Below, piece after piece: positions 27,939 through 38,522 of a DNA stretch of 64,000 bases; the stretch's first letter is position 1; each line of letters starts with the position of its first letter. The notes beneath the pieces were generated by a model. That model had not been told where the DNA came from. It made no database searches and was given only the letters and a program-made list of their open reading frames with translations. The translations under genes and the position numbers were made by a program. Source of the stretch: Promethearchaeota archaeon (GTDB lineage Archaea; Asgardarchaeota; Lokiarchaeia; Sigyniarchaeales; SOKP01); contig JALGVJ010000031.1 in assembly GCA_029838195.1 (NCBI GenBank), forward strand, positions 1 through 64,000, given 5' to 3'.

Positions 27939-29480
27939 TCATGCTTGGGCTTGTTTTTTAGGATACCTATTTTGAAGGTTCAGAATTTCATGAAGCATTT
28001 TTTTCAAAAGATTGTTTTTGATATTTTCATGCTTTTTATCATGCCAAAGGTTATTTTTTTCTAAAGGATCCTCTTTTAAATCATATAAATCACCTGTATT
28101 CATGAAACCTTCATAAACCGTCATTCTATATCGTTCCGTAATCATGGTACGCACGCGTATATCTCGATAAATCCCTTGTTTAGTGGCTTTATGTGCATCT
28201 TCATCTTCTTCAATGATGCAGTTATCTCTTACTTTCACGGAAGGGTTTCTTAAAACCGGCATTAAATCATGGCCTTGCATTCCGGGAGAATGATACTTTT
28301 CTCTAATCCCCAAAACATTTAAAATCGTAGTTGGAATATCAATTGAATTCACTAACGATTCGCTAACAGCTCCTTTAGGTGTAATGTCGGGTATTTTCCA
28401 AATCATGGGTACTTTTATGAGACCTTGAAAATGAGCAGGACCTTTAAATATAACTCCATGATCTCCCATTAAATCCCCGTGATCGCTTGTAAAAACAATC
28501 ATGGTATTTTCTTCTAAACCAAACGACTTCAAGGCAGCAAGGATTTCTCCAATAGCTTGATCTATTAAAGATAATACACCATAAGTATAAGCTTGAAATT
28601 TTCGAAGTTCTTTTTCATTTGTCTCTCGAAGTCTTGCCCTCCTATACACGTTCACGTAATTTTTTAATACATCATGCTCTTGCAAATTATTAATCTCATT
28701 TAAAGTTGAAGATATGGTTATTTTATCAGGATGATACATTTCTCTATATTTTCCCGGAGGACATACGGGGTGATGGGGATCTGGAAAAGAACAATGCAAG
28801 AAAAAAGGTTTATTAGAATAATACCCTTGAGAATACTTTTCAAGAAAAGAAATCGTCCGTTCCTTGATATAATTTGTATGATATATATTTTCAGGAATGG
28901 GGGAATCATATAAAATTTGATCAAATAACCTTGTCGCTCTTTTTTTTATCAATTCAAGATACTCTGGACTCCGTTCTTCCACCCAATCTAAATAATCTCC
29001 TCCCACTGCATCTCCGTGCCCCAATACAATTTCATATTCTTTGAATCCATAATAAGGGTTAGGTATGGGGCGTCTCTTTTCTTTTGGTGTATAAATCGAA
29101 ACAATTAATTGTTCATGAGAATAATATTTTCTACTCCAAGGAGTTCCATACCAATTCAAATGGATTTTACCGATAGAACATGTATGATAACCTGCTTTTC
29201 TTAATGCGTCGGTAAATGTAGGGATTTTAGGATTCAAATTAATTCCATTACATCGCACGCCATGAATGCTGGGATATTTTCCAGTAAATATTGTAGCCCT
29301 ATTCGGCATGCAAAAAGGATTTCCACAATATGCATTTGTAAAACGAATTCCTTCAGAGGCTAATTGATCTATATTTGGAGTTTTTAAATCAGGATTTCCT
29401 GCGCAACCTAAATGATCTGCTCGTTGAGCATCCGTGATGATTAATAAAACATTCTTTTTTTCATTCAAAGCTAACACCAC
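27939..29480 (-). CDS. Formylglycine-dependent sulfatase (paralog A)
   Basis: CxPxR (CMPNR), GKIHL, 'PDPHHP', 'FTSDHG'. Confidence 0.93.
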   Translation of the reverse strand: MVLALNEKKNVLLIITDAQRADHLGCAGNPDLKTPNIDQLASEGIRFTNAYCGNPFCMPNRATIFTGKYPSIHGVRCNGINLNPKIPTFTDALRKAGYHTCSIGKIHLNWYGTPWSRKYYSHEQLIVSIYTPKEKRRPIPNPYYGFKEYEIVLGHGDAVGGDYLDWVEERSPEYLELIKKRATRLFDQILYDSPIPENIYHTNYIKERTISFLEKYSQGYYSNKPFFLHCSFPDPHHPVCPPGKYREMYHPDKITISSTLNEINNLQEHDVLKNYVNVYRRARLRETNEKELRKFQAYTYGVLSLIDQAIGEILAALKSFGLEENTMIVFTSDHGDLMGDHGVIFKGPAHFQGLIKVPMIWKIPDITPKGAVSESLVNSIDIPTTILNVLGIREKYHSPGMQGHDLMPVLRNPSVKVRDNCIIEEDEDAHKATKQGIYRDIRVRTMITERYRMTVYEGFMNTGDLYDLKEDPLEKNNLWHDKKHENIKNNLLKKMLHEILNLQNRYPKKQAQA

Positions 29481-29606
29481 AGAAAAAATTTTTACATTAC
29501 TAAAACATCAAAATATAAATGTATAAATTCATGTATTCGATATGGCATTTTATTCTTAAACTTTCTTCTCATTTAACTCTTGCTGTATTAAAGAAAAAAA
29601 GTAATT

Positions 29607-31136
29607 TTAAGCTTGCGCTTGTTTTTTTGGATACCTATCTTGGAGATTTAAGATTTCATGAAACATTTTGATTAGCAATTGATTTCTTATCTTTTCATGC
29701 TTTTTATCATGCCAAAGGTTATTTTTTTCTAAAGGATCCTCTTTTAAATCATATAAATCACCAGTTTCAGGATAACCTTCATAAACCGTCATTCTATATT
29801 GATCTGTAATAATCGTACGAATTCGTATGTTTCGATAAATTCCTTGTTTGGTAGCTTTATGCGGATCTTCATCTTCTTCAATGATGCAATTATCTCTTAC
29901 TTTCACGGAAGGGTCTCTTAAAACCGGCATTAAATCATGGCCTTGCATTCCGGGAGGATGATACTTTTCCCTAATCCCCAAAACATTTAAAATCGTAGTT
30001 GGAATATCAATTGAATTCACTAACGATTCGCTAACAGCTCCTTCAGATGTAATGCCAGGTATTTTCCAAATCATGGGTACTTTTATGAGACCTTGAAAAT
30101 GAGCAGGACCTTTAAGTAATAATCCATGATCTCCCATTAAATCCCCGTGATCGCTTGTAAAAACAATCATGGTATTTTCTTCTAAACCAAACGACTTCAA
30201 GGCAGCAAGGATTTCTCCAATAGCATGATCTATTAAAGATAATACACCATAAGTATAAGCTTGAAATTTTCGAAGTTCTTTTTCATTTGTTTCTCGTAAT
30301 CGAGTTCTTGGATATATATTAATATAATTCCTCAATACATCATGGCCATAGAGTTCTTTAATTCCATCAAAAGTTGGAGAAATTTCAATTTTTTTAGGAT
30401 CATGCAGTTTGCGGGCATTTTCCGGCGGACATACGGGGTGATGGGGATCCGGAAAAGAACAATGCAGAAAAAATGGTTTATTTCCATATTTTCCTTCACA
30501 ATACCTTTCGAAAAAGGAGATGGTTCTTTCCGTTATGTATTGCGTTTGATAAAGATGCTCGGGAATCGGAGAATCATAGAATATTTGATCAAATAATTTT
30601 GTTGCTCTTTTTTTTATCAATTCAAGATACTCCGGACTCCGTTCTTCCACCCAATCTAAATAATGCCCCGCAATGGCATCTCCATGTCCAATTGTTAATT
30701 CTACCTCCTCTAGCCCGTAATACGGTTTGGGTAAAGGGATTCGTTTCTCTCTTGGAGTATATATAAATGGAATCATTTGTTCATAAGAAAAATATTTTCT
30801 ACTCCAAGGAGTTCCATACCAATTCAAGTGGATTTTACCGATAGAACCTGTATGATAACCTGTTTTTCTCAATGCGTCGGTAAATGTAGGGATATTAGGG
30901 TTCAAATTAATTCCATTACATCGCACGCCATGAATGCTGGGATACTTTCCCGTAAAAATAGTAGATCTGTTTGGCATGCACATGGGATTCGCACAATAAG
31001 CATTCGTAAAGCGAAATCCTTCAGAAGCTAAACGGTCTATATTAGGTGTTTTTAAATCAGAGTTACCAGCGCAACTAAGATGATCTGCTCGTTGCTGATC
31101 GGTAATAATAAATAAAACATTCATTTTTTCTTTCAT
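29607..31136 (-). CDS. Formylglycine-dependent sulfatase (paralog B)
   Basis: Same motifs as paralog A; tandem paralog. Confidence 0.93.
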   Translation of the reverse strand: MKEKMNVLFIITDQQRADHLSCAGNSDLKTPNIDRLASEGFRFTNAYCANPMCMPNRSTIFTGKYPSIHGVRCNGINLNPNIPTFTDALRKTGYHTGSIGKIHLNWYGTPWSRKYFSYEQMIPFIYTPREKRIPLPKPYYGLEEVELTIGHGDAIAGHYLDWVEERSPEYLELIKKRATKLFDQIFYDSPIPEHLYQTQYITERTISFFERYCEGKYGNKPFFLHCSFPDPHHPVCPPENARKLHDPKKIEISPTFDGIKELYGHDVLRNYINIYPRTRLRETNEKELRKFQAYTYGVLSLIDHAIGEILAALKSFGLEENTMIVFTSDHGDLMGDHGLLLKGPAHFQGLIKVPMIWKIPGITSEGAVSESLVNSIDIPTTILNVLGIREKYHPPGMQGHDLMPVLRDPSVKVRDNCIIEEDEDPHKATKQGIYRNIRIRTIITDQYRMTVYEGYPETGDLYDLKEDPLEKNNLWHDKKHEKIRNQLLIKMFHEILNLQDRYPKKQAQA

Positions 31137-31343
31137 AATAACACCAATAAATTTTATATTAGGTAGATTAAAGGAATAACTAAAATTAAATAAAATTTAC
31201 ACTATAGTATTTAAAAAAATACTATGAAGATTCACTCACATTCTGTATTTATATAAAATCTTAATTTATTCTCTTTCTTATTTATATCACGTAGGGAGTA
31301 GATTTTAAAATAAAATAAATCATGAATAAAGCGTGATAAGAAA

Positions 31344-32972
31344 ATGGAGATTCCAAAATTAAATTATTTTTGGGAATACGTGGATTATTGGGCGGAAAAG
31401 GAGCCTGATTTTACTTTCATTCGATTTAAAAAGAAAACGATTTCTGCGCGTGAATTAAAAGAAAAAACAGATCGGTTTGCTAAGCTTCTTTTAAGTCTTG
31501 GTGTAAAAAAGGGGGATACCATTGCAACAGTATTATCCACCATTCCCGAATTCGTTATTAGTTATATTGGTGCGGCAAAAATTGGAGCTATTACAATTCC
31601 CATGGATAAGGCCTATAAAAAAACTGACTTCATGACATTAATTCCTCATTCTGCTCCGAAAGTAATAATTACAATCGATAAATGGGAAAAAAATAAAATT
31701 GCTGATAATTTGATGGAACTCAAACCACAATTCGGTGATGTTCACTATATTGTTGTGGGGAAACATGAATTGGGATCCTCTTTTGATGCATTGATGAAAA
31801 AAGAATATCCCTTTGATTCCCAATTTGAAGAAGCTAAAAAAAATCAAGACACGAATGATTGTATTTTAGTCATTTGGACAGGAGGCACGACTGGAGCCCC
31901 TAAAGCCGTAGAATTAACTCATGCAAACATCATTGAAATGTGCTATCTCGAATACAAAAAAATAAAAGAAGATTTATCAAAAATTGACGGATTTGTTGAG
32001 CGCACTCACGAACCCTTTTTAGTTAATTTACCCACCAGCCACGTGGGCGGAACTGTTGAATTGATTGGCTCCTCCATCGTGGGTGGTAATGAGATGATAA
32101 TGCAAGCTTCGTGGAGTCCTTTTGATTCTTTAAAGGCCATGCAAGAGTTTAACCTTTCCTTCATGGGTGGCGTGCCCACGATGTTTAAAATCTTTCTTTC
32201 TTTGCCAAATTTAGCATCTTATGAACCAAAAAAATATCTAAAAATTGTCTTCATGTCCGGCGAAAAAGTCTCAATGGAATTACTAAATGGAATTAAGGAG
32301 TACATGTGTGAAAATATCGTGATAGGATATGGAAGCACGGAAGCTGGTTCTGAAGTCACGTTTACAGAAATTGGAGATTCATTTGAAGATTTAGCAAGTG
32401 GATATGTAGGTAAACCCTTACCAGGCATGATTATTAAAGTCATTGATGAAAAAGGAAAAGAACTACCTCCCGGTGAAGACGGCGAAATAGTTATTAAAGG
32501 CCCCTTAACAGCAAGACGATATTTCAGAATGCTTGAAGAGGATAAAAAAGGGTTTACTGCGGATGGATTTTGTAAAACTGGGGATATGGGACATTTGGAT
32601 GAAAAAGGAGGGTTATGGATCACAGGAAGGATCAAGCAAATCATTCGAGTAGGAGCCTATACGGTATTTCCTAATGAGATTGAAGAATTAGTAGTGCAGC
32701 ATCCCAAAGTTGCTTTAGCCGCAGCATTAGGTGCTCCCGATGAGATAAAGGGAGAAGTAGTTTGGCTCGTAATCGGTCCAGAACTCGGTCAGAAATTCAC
32801 GAAAGAAGATGAGGAAGAAATAATGGATTTATGCCGAAATAATTTAGCTAAATTTAAGGTTCCTCAAAAGATCATTGTATATCCCTTAGACCCGAATGAT
32901 TTACCCATTACCCGGATTGGTAAAGTAGATCGTGTTCGTTTGGCAAAAGAATTACTTCCAAAAACAAAATAA
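31344..32972 (+). CDS. Class I adenylate-forming enzyme (acyl-CoA synthetase)
   Basis: 'WTGGTTGAPK', 'GYGSTE', 'TGDMG', 'GRIK', 'GKVDR'. Confidence 0.92.
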   Translation: MEIPKLNYFWEYVDYWAEKEPDFTFIRFKKKTISARELKEKTDRFAKLLLSLGVKKGDTIATVLSTIPEFVISYIGAAKIGAITIPMDKAYKKTDFMTLIPHSAPKVIITIDKWEKNKIADNLMELKPQFGDVHYIVVGKHELGSSFDALMKKEYPFDSQFEEAKKNQDTNDCILVIWTGGTTGAPKAVELTHANIIEMCYLEYKKIKEDLSKIDGFVERTHEPFLVNLPTSHVGGTVELIGSSIVGGNEMIMQASWSPFDSLKAMQEFNLSFMGGVPTMFKIFLSLPNLASYEPKKYLKIVFMSGEKVSMELLNGIKEYMCENIVIGYGSTEAGSEVTFTEIGDSFEDLASGYVGKPLPGMIIKVIDEKGKELPPGEDGEIVIKGPLTARRYFRMLEEDKKGFTADGFCKTGDMGHLDEKGGLWITGRIKQIIRVGAYTVFPNEIEELVVQHPKVALAAALGAPDEIKGEVVWLVIGPELGQKFTKEDEEEIMDLCRNNLAKFKVPQKIIVYPLDPNDLPITRIGKVDRVRLAKELLPKTK

Positions 32973-33208
32973 AAACAATTCACTTTATTTTTAATTGTAT
33001 TTTATCATTTTTTTTTGACAAAGTATTCTTTGATTAAAGATTTTAAAACATAATTTTATGCATTAAAGTCCTGATTACAAGCTTATTTTTAAAAATAAAA
33101 AAAATTCACGTTTTATGATTTCATGAGAATACATGTTTAAAGAGCATTGTATAGAGAAATAATCCAATGGTAAGCTAATATACTATAAACATAAAAATAA
33201 TAATGGTA

Positions 33209-33541
33209 TTAAAGATCTCTTTCCAAGATTTTGCCGCCCGGCTGACTTCGTTTTTGTTTCGCATTTTCAACGACAAGAACCCAATTCACGATAACATCAA
33301 TTATGCCCGAAGGAAATTGATGAGGCTCCTTGAATGTCATATTATCTTGCAAGATTATTGGATTAAAAATAATAATATCTGCCCAAGATCCTTATCTAAT
33401 TTTAGGGTACGTGCTATGGGTGCGAGGAAGAAAGATTTTAGATCCCGGTAAATGTTTAAATGCCATAGCGTCCATTCTGACCATATAATACCTTCCTTTT
33501 ATGATCTTGCGAATGTCATCTTCATATATTGCTTCAGACAT
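33209..33541 (-). pseudogene. Remnant of an N-acyl-D-amino-acid deacylase (amidohydrolase) C-terminus
   Basis: Manual translation gives MSEAIYEDDIRKIIKGRYYMVRMD...PRTHSTYPKIR*GSWADIIIFNPIILQDNMTFKEPHQFPSGIIDVIVNWVLVVENAKQKRSQPGGKIL, with an internal stop and a deletion. Confidence 0.75.
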
Positions 33542-33608
33542 GAGTAGAATGTCTTTTTTTACCCTTATTCATTAATCGCAAGAATGAACGGGTTATAAGT
33601 TTTTTGGG

Positions 33609-34322
33609 CTATTCTAGGGTGAAATATATTCGCCGGTTCGATTTTCCTTTATTAACAGATTTTAAAAATCTGATGGTACCAATTTCTTTCAAGAATTTCA
33701 CGTGAGTGCCTCCATCGACTTGCATATCAATTTCACCTATTTTAACGATGCGTAAGGGATCTAAATTAGGTGGCAAACCAATAGCTAAGCGAGCAAGCTC
33801 GGGTTGGTCTAATACTTCTTCTCTGGACATGTAATATGTATAAACTTCCAAATTTTTCTGAATGATTTGATTTGCCTTATTGATGAATGCTTTTAATAGC
33901 TCAGGGTTATACTCTTTTATGGAAAAATCAATTCGAGTTTTATCTAATTCAATCTGATTGCCTGTGATTTTCGCATTTGCCTCTTTATATAAAACATGAG
34001 AGATGAGATGAGCTGCCGTGTGGTATCGCATGAACGTGTATCGTCTTTCCCAATTCAACTCGCAAGAAACTTCATCTCCTTCTTTTAATCCGGGTTTATC
34101 CACTTCATGACTAATTTCACCTCCAAACTTGCCAACATACACGACATTATAAATTTCTCCATTTTTACGGATAATGCCTTCATCATGAGGCTGTCCACCT
34201 CCTTTCGGGTAAAAAGCAGTTTTATCAAGGACAATATATTTTCCTCCTTGAACTTTAACGACCTTGGCTTTCCACTGCTTTAAATAAGAATCATCCATAT
34301 AAAGCGCTATACTTTCTGGCAC
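33609..34322 (-). CDS. alaXM: Alanyl-tRNA editing protein AlaX-M
   Basis: 'LDKTAFYPKGGGQPHD', 'MRYHTAAH', 'DGGTH'. Confidence 0.92.
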   Translation of the reverse strand: MPESIALYMDDSYLKQWKAKVVKVQGGKYIVLDKTAFYPKGGGQPHDEGIIRKNGEIYNVVYVGKFGGEISHEVDKPGLKEGDEVSCELNWERRYTFMRYHTAAHLISHVLYKEANAKITGNQIELDKTRIDFSIKEYNPELLKAFINKANQIIQKNLEVYTYYMSREEVLDQPELARLAIGLPPNLDPLRIVKIGEIDMQVDGGTHVKFLKEIGTIRFLKSVNKGKSNRRIYFTLE

Positions 34323-34627
34323 AAGGTATGAAAAAAAAGGAATTTTAAAAATTTTATTTCAAAAAATAACAATTATTCTACTTTCAACAAAAAAAACATT
34401 TATAGATAAACTCTAATATATTATTTATAAATAAGAATAATTTAGACTATATTTTGCATGATGACCTTTATTTAATTAGGAATAATAATTAGGCGGGAAA
34501 TATTAGGAAACATTTAATTTCCCCTCTCCTTCTTTTATTCACGACAATATTTCGCATCTTGAAATTTTGCTGTAAAACGCTGCATATATTCGTAAATTTC
34601 ACATCTGAAATGCTAAAATCTGGGAAG

Positions 34628-35422
34628 TCATGTAGTATTTTCACTAAGATTAATATTAATTTTCCTTATTAAGAAATATATAGCGAGCAACCCGCCCCAA
34701 ATAATTATAGTTATCAATGTCATCCACTCAAAAAATGTATGTAGTAAAAATGCTGGACGTTCAAGTTGGAGATTTTGATTATAATATCTTGCTAAATCAG
34801 TTACATCATATGGATAAAACAGTAGTAAAGCAAAAAATACAAATACTATTGCTCCGATAATGGAGAAACCCCAATGAATCTTTTTCTCTTTATCAATAAG
34901 AATTGCTATTGAAAATAGAACAACTGCAAGCATTCCACCAAAAAAGAATATTAAAGAAACAACCCAATGGGCGTCATAATAATTCATTGGAAATACTCCA
35001 ACGAAGGATCCACCAATACATGAAATCACTCCAATATAACCCGCTAAATAGGCAAACTTATTCTCCATATATAATGCTAATCCAATATAATAAACTAACG
35101 TAATGACACCACTAATAATTAAACAAATATTGAAAAAGATAGCTAGTTCAGAAACTCCAACTTCTCCAAGCATGGAAATACTATGATTAAGGAAACTATA
35201 TCTTTCTCCTTTTTTTCCAGTATATGCAATCGATGGGATAACGAAAGCAATAGTAAGAATAATTGTAGCTATTATTCCCCAATATGGTAATGCAATTTTT
35301 TTAAATGGTTTTTTCAATATTGGTCTCAAGTTTATAAAGTAATCGGTTATTGCAAGAATGATTGTACCTACTGCAAGAATAGATATAGCTATTATACCCC
35401 AAGAGAATTCATAAAGAACCAT
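34628..35422 (-). CDS. DUF998 / Frag1-DRAM-Sfk1-like membrane protein
   Basis: 'YSFLNHSISMLG', 'FFN..LI', 'GVFP....AH', 'FEW'; about 7 TM helices. Confidence 0.7.
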   Translation of the reverse strand: MVLYEFSWGIIAISILAVGTIILAITDYFINLRPILKKPFKKIALPYWGIIATIILTIAFVIPSIAYTGKKGERYSFLNHSISMLGEVGVSELAIFFNICLIISGVITLVYYIGLALYMENKFAYLAGYIGVISCIGGSFVGVFPMNYYDAHWVVSLIFFFGGMLAVVLFSIAILIDKEKKIHWGFSIIGAIVFVFFALLLFYPYDVTDLARYYNQNLQLERPAFLLHTFFEWMTLITIIIWGGLLAIYFLIRKININLSENTT

Positions 35423-35488
35423 GATATTTTTTAAAAAAAAAAACCTTTAAAAGTTTTTTGGATTTATAATTTTGAAGTTGAAAAACCA

Positions 35489-35776
35489 TCACTTTATTAT
35501 CACATGGTCGCAAATAGGAAAATATGCTATAAGATCGATTACTGGAGTCCCATCAAAAGCATCTGTTCCGCCTACCTTAACGATACCTTTTTTCTTATTT
35601 CCTTCTAATATACCATATGTAGTTAAGGCGATAGGATTTGGACGATATTCGGTCCGAGTAGCAAAAATCCCCGTGACTGGAGCATTTTCCCCGTAAAGTA
35701 TTTCGGTTGGCCACTCAAAAGCATTCCGATACTCCTCAGAATCCATTTCTTGAGTCCACCAGAAGACTATAACATG
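35489..35776 (-). pseudogene. 5'-truncated TrmO/TsaA-family (tRNA m6t6A37 methyltransferase-like) gene
   Basis: In-frame 'HVIVFWW...GIFATRTEYRPNPIALT...DAFDGTPVIDL'. The N-terminal third is missing. Confidence 0.75.
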
Positions 35777-35812
35777 AATTGCACGATTATCTTTATTTAA
35801 ATTATAAAGAAA

Positions 35813-36238
35813 TTAGGATGGAAAATAGTATGTGATATTCAATTTACTTTCTCCTTCTTTTATCCAAGCTAAAATCTCATTCTGTGAGATTTTACTGTAA
35901 ATAATAATACCATCCTTAAAAATACCATGCAAGAATGAATTTCCTTCTTTTAAACCATTTTTTAATTCTTGAAATGTTATTGTTTTTGGTTGGACCAAAC
36001 CCTCACTATATTGATAAGCTTCTAAAAACCTTTCCTTCATGGATGCAAATGATTTATCAAAAACGCATAACAAATCGATATCACTAAATTGAGTATAAGT
36101 TCCTTTAGCAAGTGAACCAAAAATGAGGACTAATTTCAAATTAGTTTTATCAATATTTTTTAAAAAATGTTCTAATTCAATCAGATGCGGATAATTCTTC
36201 AATTTTTCTTTTAACAAATTCAATGATACTTTTTGCAT
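35813..36238 (-). CDS. Minimal nucleotidyltransferase (MNT antitoxin)
   Basis: 'IFGSLAKG.....SDIDLL' (GS-x10-DxD). Confidence 0.9.
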   Translation of the reverse strand: MQKVSLNLLKEKLKNYPHLIELEHFLKNIDKTNLKLVLIFGSLAKGTYTQFSDIDLLCVFDKSFASMKERFLEAYQYSEGLVQPKTITFQELKNGLKEGNSFLHGIFKDGIIIYSKISQNEILAWIKEGESKLNITYYFPS

Positions 36239-36617
36239 TATCTATACATTCCTTAGCTGTTTTTTTATTATAAAATTCTGCGGGATAACCTGAAGCAAAT
36301 CCATTAGGATATCTTGGCTGGATATAATGACGATCTAATTCTTGAGATTTTTCATGCAATTCATTATACATGGCTTCATCAAACGCTTGTTTGCTTCCGG
36401 TTTCATCGATAACAATATTTTTCCACTTTTTTAAAAGATAAATTAACCCATGACCCCAAGCTTCAACGTTCAAGGATAATAATAACGCTTTTAATGCTTT
36501 TTCAGCAGCCTGTTGTGCTTGAAAACACGTCCATTCAAAATGACCGCTCTTCATGCTATCAACAGCGGCTTGATAATCTTCTATAGCTTGATTTAGCCAA
36601 TCTCTAAATCTATTCAT
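36177..36617 (-). CDS. HEPN domain protein (partner of the MNT)
   Basis: 'W.CF.AQQAAEKALKA', 'WGH.L', 'LDRHYI.PRYP'. Overlaps the MNT start. Confidence 0.9.
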   Translation of the reverse strand: MNRFRDWLNQAIEDYQAAVDSMKSGHFEWTCFQAQQAAEKALKALLLSLNVEAWGHGLIYLLKKWKNIVIDETGSKQAFDEAMYNELHEKSQELDRHYIQPRYPNGFASGYPAEFYNKKTAKECIDNAKSIIEFVKRKIEELSASD

Positions 36618-36759
36618 TCGATTTATCTATATATATTATAAGTATTAAAATAATTATTTTTTTTGATCTAATTAAATTCCTTTCATCTCATTAAACCTAA
36701 AATGCGTGCCTTATTTTAAAAAAAAAGAACCATTTTAGAATTCATGTTTTATAAAATTA

Positions 36760-38094
36760 TCATCCAACTACTCCTTCTGATTTCTTAATAAAGAATAATG
36801 GTACTAAAGAGATAAGCCCTAAAAAAGCCCCTACAATGATAAGGGGAGGCGTAGGAATATAGCCCGGCTCTCCATTAATAATGACGGGAATTCCATATTG
36901 TTGGATGACGAAAGAGCCTATAAAAGGGCCTATTACCATGGGTATTAACACCATAAAAATTAATCGAACGCCTTGGAACTTTCCTATACTTTCTGCCGGG
37001 TATTTATCTTGCATCCATGCTCCTCGCACAACGCCTGTTAATGTGGAAAACGTGAGATTCAACAAGTAAAAAATGACAACCATCCAAAAATCTTTAACAA
37101 TCGCAAAAATGAAAGATAAAATCATGGTAATAATGGTGTATATAAACATTAATGTTTTACGATTAATATTCTTAATGAGAAATCCAATAATTAGTACTAA
37201 TATCGTAGAGCCACCGATAATGATTAATCCGATTATACTTATGATCGTTTTCGAGAACCCCAAATAATGCTCCATGTATATAAATAAATAAGGAAAAAAC
37301 ACCATGGATGCAATTCCACCCAATGCCATATTAAGAAATAATAAATATAACACTTTATTTTCCTTTACATCTTGAATGGAAATGAGTTCTTTCAATTCAT
37401 TTACTATTTTTTTTCTTGGCCTTCGTTCCTCTTCCACTGGAATATTTTCTTTTATCATCCCTCCCGCAATTAAGCCGCTAATGGATACAATGCCCCCTAA
37501 GATGTAAAAGAAAGTAAAATAACCAAATTCATCTATAATGACACCCGCAACGCCTAATGCGATTAAATTTGCAATTAAGACCGTAGCTGAATTAATGCTA
37601 TTAATCCGATTACGATTAGAAGGATGACCTATATCAGTAATCCAAGCATTATAAGCCGCATCATTGGCTGTAGAACCGAAAAATGTCATGATAGCATCCA
37701 TTATAACCACCATGATGACAGCAATGCTAATTACTTGAATTAACGCCGTTAATGGAAAAAGCGCAGTTATTATGCCCCAAATTACGTATCCAAATAAAAT
37801 ATACGGCTTCCTTCTTCCCATTTTAGTATAGGTGCGATCACTTAATGTTCCCATTATTAAAGTGGTAATCGTGGCTACTACGGCAGAAACTGCCACCATC
37901 CAAGCAACAGGTCTCGGATCAGGCGTTAGTTCATCAAAAACAAAGGTATTAAACCAGCTATTTTCAACGGCCCAAGCTATTTGTCCTGCGATTCCCAAAA
38001 TAAGTATTATCGCAACGTTTTGCCTTCCAATCTTGACTATTTGACCATTTTCAAGCGTTTCTGTTCTTTCATCTATAACATTATTTTTTTCCAT
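36760..38094 (-). CDS. MFS transporter
   Basis: About 12 TM helices and 'MGTLSDRT.TKMGRRKPYI'. Confidence 0.9.
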   Translation of the reverse strand: MEKNNVIDERTETLENGQIVKIGRQNVAIILILGIAGQIAWAVENSWFNTFVFDELTPDPRPVAWMVAVSAVVATITTLIMGTLSDRTYTKMGRRKPYILFGYVIWGIITALFPLTALIQVISIAVIMVVIMDAIMTFFGSTANDAAYNAWITDIGHPSNRNRINSINSATVLIANLIALGVAGVIIDEFGYFTFFYILGGIVSISGLIAGGMIKENIPVEEERRPRKKIVNELKELISIQDVKENKVLYLLFLNMALGGIASMVFFPYLFIYMEHYLGFSKTIISIIGLIIIGGSTILVLIIGFLIKNINRKTLMFIYTIITMILSFIFAIVKDFWMVVIFYLLNLTFSTLTGVVRGAWMQDKYPAESIGKFQGVRLIFMVLIPMVIGPFIGSFVIQQYGIPVIINGEPGYIPTPPLIIVGAFLGLISLVPLFFIKKSEGVVG

Positions 38095-38213
38095 GATAAG
38101 AATTTACCAATATTTTAATTAATCTTGATTGTATTTTGCCTTATCTCAATATAAATGCATTGATGCTCAATTTATTTTACTAATTTGAAAAAAAATAAAA
38201 AGTTTGATACATC

Positions 38214-38438
38214 CTAATTTTCATGCTTTTTTCTCTTCATTAACCTCGAGTTTAGCGTTAATGAGTCTCTTAGTAAAAAATAAAGCAATTGGACTTTTTT
38301 GAACAATTTTACTCGTCTTTTTATATATTCTCTTTCTATTTCCTTTAATTCATCGATCTCGTTTATAATTCTAAAATTCAATCTTTTTTTAATACCGATC
38401 CTTTCTCTTATTAGCATTAATTCTTTTGCTTTATTCAC
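38214..38438 (-). CDS. Small basic hypothetical protein
   Basis: ORF downstream of the yhfC-like gene on the same strand, with helical/coiled character. Confidence 0.4.
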   Translation of the reverse strand: MNKAKELMLIRERIGIKKRLNFRIINEIDELKEIEREYIKRRVKLFKKVQLLYFLLRDSLTLNSRLMKRKKHEN

Positions 38439-38522
38439 TCCTACTAATCAAGATCATAGCATTACTCAAAAAAACTCGTGATTTATTTTTGAATTATCAT
38501 TTGGATGAGCGGAAGCTACCTC

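Noticed and set aside
33203-33451. 82-aa plus-strand ORF
   Set aside because: It is the shadow of the minus-strand D-aminoacylase remnant.
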